Shown: positions 33,801-48,800 of the stretch, in pieces
Numbering within the stretch: the first letter of the stretch is position 1
Layout of the letters: the number at the start of each line of letters is the position of its first letter
From: Eledone cirrhosa
Lineage: Eukaryota
Assembly (NCBI GenBank): GCA_964016885.1
Contig: OZ024740.1
Location: 433,814,001 to 433,878,000 of the forward strand
DNA: 64,000 nt
Direction of reading: 5' to 3'
The notes under the pieces: generated by a model
The model's input: the letters and a program-made list of their open reading frames with translations, nothing else
The model's database searches: none
Told to the model about the DNA's origin: nothing
Program-made: the position numbers and the translations under genes

Positions 33801-36800
33801 TGTTACACTAAATATGTATGGTGGAGTGTATCCTACTAATGTTACACTAAATATGTATGGTGGAGTGTATCCTACTAATGTTACACTAAATATGTATGGT
33901 GGAGTGTATCCTAAGGCTGTGTCCTACTAATGTTACACTAAATATGTATGGTGGAGTGTATCCTACTAATGTTACACTAAATATGTATGGTGGAGTGTAT
34001 CCTACTAATGTTACACTAAACATGTATGGTGGAGTGTATCCTAAGGCTGTGTCCTACTAATGTTACACTAAATATGTATGGTGGAGTGTATCCTACTAAT
34101 GTTACACTAAATATGTATGGTGGAGTGTATCCTACTAATGTTACACTAAATATGTATGGTGGAGTGTATCCTACTAATGTTACACTAAACATGTATGGTG
34201 GAGTGTATCCTAAGGCTGTGTCCTACTAATGTTACACTAAATATGTATGGTGGAGTGTATCCTACTAATGTTACACTAAATAAGTATGGTGGAGTGTATC
34301 CTAAGGCTGTGTCCTACTAATGTTACACTAAATATGTATGGTGGAGTGTATCCTACTAATGTTACACTAAATATGTATGGTGGAGTGTATCCTACTAATG
34401 TTACACTAAATATGTATGGCGGAGTGTATCCTACTAATGTTACACTAAATATGTATGGCGGAGTGTATCCTACTAATGTTACACTAAATATGTATGGCGG
34501 AGTGTATCCTACTAATGTTACACTAAATATGTATGGTGGAGTGTATCCTACTAATGTTACACTAAATATGTATGGCGGAGTGTATCCTACTAATGTTACA
34601 CTAAATATGTATGGTGGAGTGTATCCTACTAATGTTACACAAAATATGTATGGTGGAGTGTATCCTACTAATGTTACACTAAATATGTATGGCGGAGTGT
34701 ATCCTACTAATGTTACACTAAATATGTATGGCGGAGTGTATCCTACTAATGTTACACTAAATATGTATGGCGGAGTGTATCCTACTAATGTTACACTAAA
34801 TATGTATGGTGGAGTGTATCCTACTAATGTTACACTAAATATGTATGGCGGAGTGTATCCTACTAATGTTACACTAAATATGTATGGCGGAGTGTATCCT
34901 ACTAATGTTACACTAAATATGTATGGCGGAGTGTATCCTACTAATGTTACACTAAATATGTATGGCGGAGTGTATCCTACTAATGTTACACTAAACATGT
35001 ATGGCGGAGTGTATCCTACTAATGTTACACTAAATATGTATGGCGGAGTGTATCCTACTAATGTTACACTAAATATGTATGGTGGAGTGTATCCTACTAA
35101 TGTTACACTAAACATGTATGGTGGAGTGTATCCTAAGGCTGTGTCCTACTAATGTTACACTAAATATGTATGGTGGAGTGTATCCTACTAATGTTACACT
35201 AAATATGTATGGTGGAGTGTATCCTAAGGCTGTGTCCTACTAATGTTACACTAAATATGTATGGTGGAGTGTATCCTACTAATGTTACACTAAATATGTA
35301 TGGTGGAGTGTATCCTACTAATGTTACACTAAACATGTATGGTGGAGTGTATCCTAAGGCGGTGTCCTACTAATGTTACACTAAATATGTATGGTGGAGT
35401 GTATCCTACTAATGTTACAATAAATATGTATGGTGGAGTGTATCCTACTAATGTTACACTAAATATGTATGGTGGAGTGTATACTACTAATGTTACACTA
35501 AATATGTATGGCGGAGTGTATCCTACTAATGTTACACTAAATATGTATGGTGGAGTCTATCCTACTAATGTTACACTAAATATGTATGGTGGAGTGTATC
35601 CTAAGGCTGTATCCTACTAATGTTACACTAAATATGTATGGTGGAGTGTATCCTAAGGCTGTATCCTACTAGTGTTACACTAAATATGTATGGTGGAGTG
35701 TATCCTAAGGCTGTATCCTACTAATGTTACACTAAATATGTATGGTAGAGTGTATCCTACTAATGTTACACTAAATATGTATGGCGGAGTGTATCCTACT
35801 AATGTTACACTAAATATGTATGGTGGAGTCTATCCTACTAATGTTACACTAAATATGTATGGTGGAGTGTATCCTAAGGCTGTATCCTACTAATGTTACA
35901 CTAAATATGTATGGTGGAGTGTATCCTAAGGCTGTATCCTACTAATGTTACACTAAATATGTATGGTGGAGTGTATCCTACTAATGTTACACTAAATATG
36001 TATGGTGGAGTGTATCCTAAGGCTGTGTCCTACTAATGTTACACTAAATATGTATGGTGGAGTGTATCCTAAGGCTGTGTCCTACTAATGTTACACTAAA
36101 CATGTATGGTGGAGTGTATCCTAAGGCTGTGTCCTACTAATGTTACACTAAATATGTATGGTGGAGTCTATCCTAAGGCTGTGTCCTACTAATGTTACAC
36201 TAAATATGTATGGTGGAGTGTATCCTAAGGCTGTATCCTACTAATGTTACACTAAATATGTATGGTGGAGTCTATCCTAAGGCTGTATCCTAGTAATGTT
36301 ACACTAAATATGTATGGTGGAGTGTATCCTAAGGCTGTGTCCTACTAATGTTACACTAAATATGTATGGTGGAGTGTATCCTAAGGCTGTGTCCTACTAA
36401 TGTTACACTAAATATGTATGGTGGAGTGTATCCTACTAATGTTACACTAAATATGTATGGTGGAGTGTATCCTACTAATGTTACACTAAACATGTATGGT
36501 GGAGTGTATCCTAAGGCTGTGTCCTACTAACGTTACACTAAATATGTATGGTGGAGTGTATCCTAAGGCTGTGTCCTACTAATGTTACACTAAATATGTA
36601 TGGTGGAGTGTATCCTACTAATGTTACACTAAATATGTATGGTGGAGTGTATCCTAAGGCTGTATCCTACTAATGTTACACTAAATATGTATGGTGGAGT
36701 CTATCCTAAGGCGGTATCCTAGTAATGTTACAATAAATATGTATGGTGGAGTGTATCCAAAGGCTGTGTCCTACTAATGTTACACTAAATATGTATGGTG

Positions 36801-39800
36801 GAGTGTATCCTAAGGCTGTGTCCTACTAATGTTACACTAAATATGTATGGTGGAGTGTATCCTACTAATGTTACACTAAATATGTATGGTGGAGTGTATC
36901 CTACTAATGTTACACTAAATATGTATGGTGGAGTGTATCCTACTAATGTTACACTAAATATGTATGGTGGAGTGTATCCTAAGGCTGTGTCCTACTAATG
37001 TTACACTAAATATGTATGGTGGAGTGTATCCTACTAATGTTACACTAAATATGTATGGTGGAGTGTATCCTACTAATGTTACACTAAACATGTATGGTGG
37101 AGTGTATCCTAAGGCTGTGTCCTACTAATGTTACACTAAATATGTATGGTGGAGTGTATCCTACTAATGTTACACTAAATATGTATGGTGGAGTGTATCC
37201 TACTAATGTTACACTAAATATGTATGGTGGAGTGTATCCTACTAATGTTACACTAAACATGTATGGTGGAGTGTATCCTAAGGCTGTGTCCTACTAATGT
37301 TACACTAAATATGTATGGTGGAGTGTATCCTACTAATGTTACACTAAATATGTATGGTGGAGTGTATCCTAAGGCTGTGTCCTACTAATGTTACACTAAA
37401 TATGTATGGTGGAGTGTATCCTACTAATGTTACACTAAATATGTATGGTGGAGTGTATCCTACTAATGTTACACTAAACATGTATGGTGGGGTGTATCCT
37501 AAGGCTGTGTCCTACTAATGTTACACTAAATATGTATGGTGGAGTGTATCCTACTAATGTTACACTAAATATGTATGGTGGAGTGTATCCTACTAATGTT
37601 ACACTAAATATGTATGGTGGAGTGTATCCTACTAATGTTACACTAAACATGTATGGTGGAGTGTATCCTAAGGCTGTGTCCTACTAATGTTACACTAAAT
37701 ATGTATGGTGGAGTGTATCCTAAGGCTGTGTCCTACTAATGTTACACTAAATATGTATGGTGGAGTGTATCCTAAGGCTGTGTCCTACTAATGTTACACT
37801 AAATATGTATGGTGGAGTGTATCCTACTAATGTTACACTAAATATGTATGGTGGAGTGTATCCTAAGGCTGTGTCCTACTAATGTTACACTAAATATGTA
37901 TGGTGGAGTGTATCCTAAGGCTGTGTCCTACTAATGTTACACTAAATATGTATGGTGGAGTGTATCCTACTAATGTTGCACTAAATATGTATGGTGGAGT
38001 GTATCCTACTAATGTTACACTAAATATGTATGGTGGAGTGTATCCTAAGGCTGTATCCTACTAATGTTACACTAAATATGTATGGTGGAGTGTATCCTAA
38101 GGCTGTGTCCTACTAATGTTACACTAAATATGTATGGTGGAGTGTATCCTAAGGCTGTGTCCTACTAATGTTACACTAAATATGTATGGTGGAGTGTATC
38201 CTAAGGCTGTGTCCTACTAATGTTACACTAAATATGTATGGTGGAGTGTATCCTAAGGCTGTGTCCTACTAATGTTACACTAAATATGTATGGTGGAGTG
38301 TATCCTAAGGCTGTGTCCTACTAATGTTACACTAAATATGTATGGTGGAGTGTATCCTACTAATGTTACACTAAATATGTATGGTGGAGTGTATCCTAAG
38401 GCTGTGTCCTACTAATGTTACACTAAATATGTATGGTGGAGTGTATCCTACTAATGTTACACTAAATATGTATGGTGGAGTGTATCCTACTAATGTTACA
38501 CTAAATATGTATGGTGGAGTGTATCCTACTAATGTTACACTAAATATGTATGGTGGAGTGTATCCTAAGGCTGTGTCCTACTAATGTTACACTAAATATG
38601 TATGGTGGAGTGTATCCTACTAATGTTACACTAAATATGTATGGTGGAGTGTATCCTAAGGCTGTGTCCTACTAATGTTACACTAAATATGTATGGTGGA
38701 GTGTATCCTAAGGCTGTGTCCTACTAATGTTACACTAAATATGTATGGTGGAGTGTATCCTAAGGCTGTGTCCTACTAATGTTACACTAAATATGTATGG
38801 TGGAGTGTATCCTAAGGCTGTGTCCTACTAATGTTACACTAAATATGTATGGTGGAGTGTATCCTACTAATGTTACACTAAATATGTATGGTGGAGTGTA
38901 TCCTACTAATGTTACACTAAATATGTATGGTGGAGTGTATCCTACTAATGTTACACTAAATATGTATGGTGGAGTGTATCCTAAGGCTGTGTCCTACTAA
39001 TGTTACACTAAATATGTATGGTGGAGTGTATCCTACTAATGTTACACTAAATATGTATGGTGGAGTGTATCCTACTAATGTTACACTAAATATGTATGGT
39101 GGAGTGTATCCTACTAATGTTACACTAAATATGTATGGTGGAGTGTATCCTACTAATGTTACACTAAATATGTATGGTGGAGTGTATCCTACTAATGTTA
39201 CACTAAATATGTATGGTGGAGTGTATCCTACTAATGTTACACTAAATATGTATGGTGGAGTGTATCCTACTAATGTTACACTAAATATGTATGGTGGAGT
39301 GTATCCTAAGGCTGTGTCCTACTAATGTTACACTAAATATGTATGGTGGAGTGTATCCTAAGGCTGTGTCCTACTAATGTTACACTAAATATGTATGGTG
39401 GAGTGTATCCTACTAATGTTACACTAAATATGTATGGTGGAGTGTATCCTAAGGCTGTGTCCTTCTAATGTTACACTAAATATGTATGGTGGAGTGTATC
39501 CTACTAATGTTACACTAAATATGTATGGTGGAGTGTATCCTACTAATGTTACACTAAATATGTATGGTGGAGTGTATCCTACTAATGTTACACTAAATAT
39601 GTATGGTGGAGTGTATCCTAAGGCTGTGTCCTACTAATGTTACACTAAATATGTATGGTGGAGTGTATCCTACTAATGTTACACTAAATATGTATGGTGG
39701 AGTGTATCCTACTAATGTTACACTAAATATGTATGGTGGAGTGTATCCTACTAATGTTACACTAAATATGTATGGTGGAGTGTATCCTACTAATGTTACA

Positions 39801-42800
39801 CTAAATATGTATGGTGGAGTGTATCCTAAGGCTGTGTCCTACTAATGTTACACTAAATATGTATGGTGGAGTGTATCCTACTAATGTTACACTAAATATG
39901 TATGGTGGAGTGTATCCTACTAATGTTACACTAAATATGTATGGTGGAGTGTATCCTACTAATGTTACACTAAATATGTATGGTGGAGTGTATCCTACTA
40001 ATGTTACACTAAATATGTATGGTGGAGTGTATCCTACTAATGTTACACTAAATATGTAAGGTGGAGTGTATCCTAAGGCTGTGTCCTACTAATGTTACAC
40101 TAAATATGTATGGTGGAGTGTATCCTAAGGCTGTGTCCTACTAATGTTACACTAAATATGTATGGTGGAGTGTATCCTACTAATGTTACACTAAATATGT
40201 ATGGTGGAGTGTATCCTAAGGCTGTGTCCTACTAATGTTACACTAAATATGTATGGTTGAGTGTATCCTACTAATGTTACACTAAATATGTATGGTGGAG
40301 TGTATCCTACTAATGTTACACTAAATATGTATGGTGGAGTGTATCCTACTAATGTTACACTAAATATGTATGGTGGAGTGTATCCTACTAATGTTTCACT
40401 AAATATGTATGGTGGAGTGTATCCTAAGGCTGTGTCCTACTAATGTTACACTAAATATGTATGGTGGAGTGTATCCTAAGGCTGTGTCCTACTAATGTTA
40501 CACTAAATATGTATGGTGGAGTGTATCCTACTAATGTTACACTAAATATGTATGGTGGAGTGTATCCTACTAATGTTACACTAAATATGTATGGTGGAGT
40601 GTATCCTACTAATGTTTCACTAAATATGTATGGTGGAGTGTATCCTACTAATGTTACACTAAATATGTATGGTGGAGTGTATCCTACTAATGTTTCACTA
40701 AATATGTATGGTGGAGTGTATCCTACTAATGTTACACTAAATATGTATGGTGGAGTGTATCCTACTAATGTTACACTAAATATGTATGGTGGAGTGTATC
40801 CTACTAATGTTACACTAAATATGTATGGTGGAGTGTATCCTAAGGCTGTGTCCTACTAATGTTACACTAAATATGTATGGTGGAGTGTATCCTAAGGCTG
40901 TGTCCTACTAATGTTACACTAAATATGTATGGTGGAGTGTATCCTACTAATGTTACACTAAATATGTATGGTGGAGTCTATCCTACTAATGTTACACTAA
41001 ATATGTATGGTGGAGTGTATCCTAAGGCTGTATCCTACTAATGTTACACTAAATATGTATGGTGGAGTGTATCCTAAGGCTGTATCCTACTAATGTTACA
41101 CTAAATATGTATGGTGGAGTGTATCCTAAGGCTGTATCCTACTAATGTTACACTAAATATGTATGGTAGAGTGTATCCTACTAATGTTACACTAAATATG
41201 TATGGCGGAGTGTATCCTACTAATGTTACACTAAATATGTATGGTGGAGTCTATCCTACTAATGTTACACTAAATATGTATGGTGGAGTGTATCCTAAGG
41301 CTGTATCCTACTAATGTTACACTAAATATGTATGGTGGAGTGTATCCTAAGGCTGTATCCTACTAATGTTACACTAAATATGTATGGTGGAGTGTATCCT
41401 ACTAATGTTACACTAAATATGTATGGTGGAGTGTATCCTAAGGCTGTGTCCTACTAATGTTACACTAAATATGTATGGTGGAGTGTATCCTAAGGCTGTG
41501 TCCTACTAATGTTACACTAAATATGTATGGTGGAGTCTATCCTAAGGCTGTGTCCTACTAATGTTACACTAAATATGTATGGTGGAGTGTATCCTAAGGC
41601 TGTATCCTACTAATGTTACACTAAATATGTATGGTGGAGTCTATCCTAAGGCTGTATCCTACTAATGTTACACTAAATATGTATGGTGGAGTGTATCCTA
41701 AGGCTGTATCCTACTAATGTTACACTAAATATGTATGGTGGAGTGTATCCTAAGGCTGTGTCCTACTAATGTTACACTAAATATGTATGGTGGAGTGTAT
41801 CCTAAGGCTGTGTCCTACTAATGTTACACTAAATATGTATGGTGGAGTGTATCCTACTAATGTTACACTAAACATGTATGGTGGAGTGTATCCTAAGGCT
41901 GTGTCCTACTAACGTTACACTAAATATGTATGGTGGAGTGTATCCTAAGGCTGTGTCCTACTAATGTGACACTAAATATGTATGGTGGAGTGTATCCTAC
42001 TAATGTTACACTAAATATGTATGGTGGAGTGTATCCTACTAATGTTACACTAAATATGTATGGTGGAGTGTATCCTACTAATGTTACACTAAATATGTAT
42101 GGTGGAGTGTATCCTAAGGCTGTGTCCTACTAATGTTACACTAAATATGTATGGTGGAGTGTATCCTACTAATGTTACACTAAATATGTATGGTGGAGTG
42201 TATCCTACTAATGTTACACTAAACATGTATGGTGGAGTGTATCCTAAGGCTGTGTCCTACTAATGTTACACTAAATATGTATGGTGGAGTGTATCCTACT
42301 AATGTTACACTAAATATGTATGGTGGAGTGTATCCTACTAATGTTACACTAAATATGTATGGTGGAGTGTATCCTACTAATGTTACACTAAACATGTATG
42401 GTGGAGTGTATCCTAAGGCTGTGTCCTACTAATGTTACACTAAATATGTATGGTGGAGTGTATCCTACTAATGTTACACTAAATAAGTATGGTGGAGTGT
42501 ATCCTAAGGCTGTGTCCTACTAATGTTACACTAAATATGTATGGTGGAGTGTATCCTACTAATGTTACACTAAATATGTATGGTGGAGTGTATCCTACTA
42601 ATGTTACACTAAATATGTATGGCGGAGTGTATCCTACTAATGTTACACTAAATATGTATGGCGGAGTGTATCCTACTAATGTTACACTAAATATGTATGG
42701 CGGAGTGTATCCTACTAATGTTACACTAAATATGTATGGTGGAGTGTATCCTACTAATGTTACACTAAATATGTATGGCGGAGTGTATCCTACTAATGTT

Positions 42801-45800
42801 ACACTAAATATGTATGGTGGAGTGTATCCTACTAATGTTACACTAAATATGTATGGTGGAGTGTATCCTACTAATGTTACACTAAATATGTATGGCGGAG
42901 TGTATCCTACTAATGTTACACTAAATATGTATGGCGGAGTGTATCCTACTAATGTTACACTAAATATGTATGGTGGAGTGTATCCTACTAATGTTACACT
43001 AAATATGTATGGTGGAGTGTATCCTACTAATGTTACACTAAATATGTATGGCGGAGTGTATCCTACTAATGTTACACTAAATATGTATGGCGGAGTGTAT
43101 CCTACTAATGTTACACTAAATATGTATGGCGGAGTGTATCCTACTAATGTTACACTAAATATGTATGGCGGAGTGTATCCTACTAATGTTACACTAAATA
43201 TGTATGGCGGAGTGTATCCTACTAATGTTACACTAAATATGTATGGCGGAGTGTATCCTACTAATGTTACACTAAATATGTATGGTGGAGTGTATCCTAC
43301 TAATGTTACACTAAACATGTATGGTGGAGTGTATCCTAAGGCTGTGTCCTACTAATGTTACACTAAATATGTATGGTGGAGTGTATCCTACTAATGTTAC
43401 ACTAAATATGTATGGTGGAGTGTATCCTAAGGCTGTGTCCTACTAATGTTACACTAAATATGTATGGTGGAGTGTATCCTACTAATGTTACACTAAATAT
43501 GTATGGTGGAGTGTATCCTACTAATGTTACACTAAACATGTATGGTGGAGTGTATCCTAAGGCGGTGTCCTACTAATGTTACACTAAATATGTATGGTGG
43601 AGTGTATCCTACTAATGTTACAATAAATATGTATGGTGGAGTGTATCCTACTAATGTTACACTAAATATGTATGGTGGAGTGTATACTACTAATGTTACA
43701 CTAAATATGTATGGCGGAGTGTATCCTACTAATGTTACACTAAATATGTATGGTGGAGTCTATCCTACTAATGTTACACTAAATATGTATGGTGGAGTGT
43801 ATCCTAAGGCTGTATCCTACTAATGTTACACTAAATATGTATGGTGGAGTGTATCCTAAGGCTGTATCCTACTAGTGTTACACTAAATATGTATGGTGGA
43901 GTGTATCCTAAGGCTGTATCCTACTAATGTTACACTAAATATGTATGGTAGAGTGTATCCTACTAATGTTACACTAAATATGTATGGCGGAGTGTATCCT
44001 ACTAATGTTACACTAAATATGTATGGTGGAGTCTATCCTACTAATGTTACACTAAATATGTATGGTGGAGTGTATCCTAAGGCTGTATCCTACTAATGTT
44101 ACACTAAATATGTATGGTGGAGTGTATCCTAAGGCTGTATCCTACTAATGTTACACTAAATATGTATGGTGGAGTGTATCCTACTAATGTTACACTAAAT
44201 ATGTATGGTGGAGTGTATCCTAAGGCTGTGTCCTACTAATGTTACACTAAATATGTATGGTGGAGTGTATCCTAAGGCTGTGTCCTACTAATGTTACACT
44301 AAACATGTATGGTGGAGTGTATCCTAAGGCTGTGTCCTACTAATGTTACACTAAATATGTATGGTGGAGTCTATCCTAAGGCTGTGTCCTACTAATGTTA
44401 CACTAAATATGTATGGTGGAGTGTATCCTAAGGCTGTATCCTACTAATGTTACACTAAATATGTATGGTGGAGTCTATCCTAAGGCTGTATCCTAGTAAT
44501 GTTACACTAAATATGTATGGTGGAGTGTATCCTAAGGCTGTGTCCTACTAATGTTACACTAAATATGTATGGTGGAGTGTATCCTAAGGCTGTGTCCTAC
44601 TAATGTTACACTAAATATGTATGGTGGAGTGTATCCTACTAATGTTACACTAAATATGTATGGTGGAGTGTATCCTACTAATGTTACACTAAACATGTAT
44701 GGTGGAGTGTATCCTAAGGCTGTGTCCTACTAACGTTACACTAAATATGTATGGTGGAGTGTATCCTAAGGCTGTGTCCTACTAATGTTACACTAAATAT
44801 GTATGGTGGAGTGTATCCTACTAATGTTACACTAAATATGTATGGTGGAGTGTATCCTAAGGCTGTATCCTACTAATGTTACACTAAATATGTATGGTGG
44901 AGTCTATCCTAAGGCGGTATCCTAGTAATGTTACAATAAATATGTATGGTGGAGTGTATCCTAAGGCTGTGTCCTACTAATGTTACACTAAATATGTATG
45001 GTGGAGTGTATCCTAAGGCTGTGTCCTACTAATGTTACACTAAATATGTATGGTGGAGTGTATCCTACTAATGTTACACTAAATATGTATGGTGGAGTGT
45101 ATCCTACTAATGTTACACTAAATATGTATGGTGGAGTGTATCCTACTAATGTTACACTAAATATGTATGGTGGAGTGTATCCTAAGGCTGTGTCCTACTA
45201 ATGTTACACTAAATATGTATGGTGGAGTGTATCCTACTAATGTTACACTAAATATGTATGGTGGAGTGTATCCTACTAATGTTACACTAAACATGTATGG
45301 TGGAGTGTATCCTAAGGCTGTGTCCTACTAATGTTACACTAAATATGTATGGTGGAGTGTATCCTACTAATGTTACACTAAATATGTATGGTGGAGTGTA
45401 TCCTACTAATGTTACACTAAATATGTATGGTGGAGTGTATCCTACTAATGTTACACTAAACATGTATGGTGGAGTGTATCCTAAGGCTGTGTCCTACTAA
45501 TGTTACACTAAATATGTATGGTGGAGTGTATCCTACTAATGTTACACTAAATATGTATGGTGGAGTGTATCCTAAGGCTGTGTCCTACTAATGTTACACT
45601 AAATATGTATGGTGGAGTGTATCCTACTAATGTTACACTAAATATGTATGGTGGAGTGTATCCTACTAATGTTACACTAAACATGTATGGTGGAGTGTAT
45701 CCTAAGGCTGTGTCCTACTAATGTTACACTAAATATGTATGGTGGAGTGTATCCTACTAATGTTACACTAAATATGTATGGTGGAGTGTATCCTAAGGCT

Positions 45801-48800
45801 GTGTCCTACTAATGTTACACTAAATATGTATGGTGGAGTGTATCCTACTAATGTTACACTAAATATGTATGGTGGAGTGTATCCTACTAATGTTACACTA
45901 AACATGTATGGTGGAGTGTATCCTAAGGCGGTGTCCTACTAATGTTACACTAAATATGTATGGTGGAGTGTATCCTACTAATGTTACAATAAATATGTAT
46001 GGTGGAGTGTATCCTACTAATGTTACACTAAATATGTATGGTGGAGTGTATCCTACTAATGTTACACTAAACATGTATGGTGGAGTGTATCCTAAGGCTG
46101 TGTCCTACTAATGTTACACTAAATATGTATGGTGGAGTGTATCCTAAGGCTGTGTCCTACTAATGTTACACTAAATATGTATGGTGGAGTGTATCCTAAG
46201 GCTGTGTCCTACTAATGTTACACTAAATATGTATGGTGGAGTGTATCCTACTAATGTTACACTAAATATGTATGGTGGAGTGTATCCTAAGGCTGTGTCC
46301 TACTAATGTTACACTAAATATGTATGGTGGAGTGTATCCTAAGGCGGTGTCCTACTAATGTTACACTAAATATGTATGGTGGAGTGTATCCTACTAATGT
46401 TACACTAAATATGTATGGTGGAGTGTATCCTACTAATGTTACACTAAATATGTATGGTGGAGTGTATCCTAAGGCTGTATCCTACTAATGTTACACTAAA
46501 TATGTATGGTGGAGTGTATCCTAAGGCTGTGTCCTACTAATGTTACACTAAATATGTATGGTGGAGTGTATCCTAAGGCTGTGTCCTACTAATGTTACAC
46601 TAAATATGTATGGTGGAGTGTATCCTAAGGCTGTGTCCTACTAATGTTACACTAAATATGTATGGTGGAGTGTATCCTAAGGCTGTGTCCTACTAATGTT
46701 ACACTAAATATGTATGGTGGAGTGTATCCTAAGGCTGTGTCCTACTAATGTTACACTAAATATGTATGGTGGAGTGTATCCTAAGGCTGTGTCCTACTAA
46801 TGTTACACTAAATATGTATGGTGGAGTGTATCCTACTAATGTTACACTAAATATGTATGGTGGAGTGTATCCTAAGGCTGTGTCCTACTAATGTTACACT
46901 AAATATGTATGGTGGAGTGTATCCTAAGGCTGTGTCCTACTAATGTTACACTAAATATGTATGGTGGAGTGTATCCTACTAATGTTACACTAAATATGTA
47001 TGGTGAAGTGTATCCTACTAATGTTACACTAAATATGTATGGTGGAGTGTATCCTACTAATGTTACACTAAATATGTATGGTGGAGTGTATCCTAAGGCT
47101 GTGTCCTACTAATGTTACACTAAATATGTATGGTGGAGTGTATCCTACTAATGTTACACTAAATATGTATGGTGGAGTGTATCCTAAGGCTGTGTCCTAC
47201 TAATGTTACACTAAATATGTATGGTGGAGTGTATCCTAAGGCTGTGTCCTACTAATGTTACACAAAATATGTATGGTGGAGTGTATTCTAAGGCTGTGTC
47301 CTACTAATGTTACACTAAATATGTATGGTGGAGTGTATCCTAAGGCTGTGTCCTACTAATGTTACACTAAATATGTATGGTGGAGTGTATCCTACTAATG
47401 TTACACTAAATATGTATGGTGGAGTGTATCCTACTAATGTTACACTAAATATGTATGGTGGAGTGTATCCTACTAATGTTACACTAAATATGTATGGTGG
47501 AGTGTATCCTAAGGCTGTGTCCTACTAATGTTATACTAAATATGTATGGTGGAGTGTATCCTACTAATGTTACACTAAATATGTATGGTGGAGTGTATCC
47601 TACTAATGTTACACTAAATATGTATGGTGGAGTGTATCCTACTAATGTTACACTAAATATGTATGGTGGAGTGTATCCTACTAATGTTACACTAAATATG
47701 TATGGTGGAGTGTATCCTACTAATGTTACACTAAATATGTATGGTGGAGTGTATCCTACTAATGTTACACTAAATATGTATGGTGGAGTGTATCCTACTA
47801 ATGTTACACGAAATATGTATGGTGGAGTGTATCCTAAGGCTGTGTCCTACTAATGTTACACTAAATATGTATGGTGGAGTGTATCCTAAGGCTGTGTCCT
47901 ACTAATGTTACACTAAATATGTATGGTGGAGTGTATCCTACTAATGTTACACTAAATATGTATGGTGGAGTGTATCCTAAGGCTGTGTCCTTCTAATGTT
48001 ACACTAAATATGTATGGTGGAGTGTATCCTACTAATGTTACACTAAATATGTATGGTGGAGTGTATCCTACTAATGTTACACTAAATATGTATGGTGGAG
48101 TGTATCCTACTAATGTTACACTAAATATGTATGGTGGAGTGTATCCTACTAATGTTACACTAAATATGTATGGTGGAGTGTATCCTAAGGCTGTGTCCTA
48201 CTAATGTTACACTAAATATGTATGGTGGAGTGTATCCTACTAATGTTACACTAAATATGTATGGTGGAGTGTATCCTACTAATGTTACACTAAATATGTA
48301 TGGTGGAGTGTATCCTACTAATGTTACACTAAATATGTATGGTGGAGTGTATCCTACTAATGTTACACTAAATATGTATGGTGGAGTGTATCCTAAGGCT
48401 GTGTCCTACTAATGTTACACTAAATATGTATGGTGGAGTGTATCCTACTAATGTTACACTAAATATGTATGGTGGAGTGTATCCTACTAATGTTACACTA
48501 AATATGTATGGTGGAGTGTATCCTACTAATGTTACACTAAATATGTATGGTGGAGTGTATCCTACTAATGTTACACTAAATATGTATGGTGGAGTGTATC
48601 CTACTAATGTTACACTAAATATGTAAGGTGGAGTGTATCCTAAGGCTGTGTCCTACTAATGTTACACTAAATATGTATGGTGGAGTGTATCCTAAGGCTG
48701 TGTCCTACTAATGTTACACTAAATATGTATGGTGGAGTGTATCCTACTAATGTTACACTAAATATGTATGGTGGAGTGTATCCTAAGGCTGTGTCCTACT

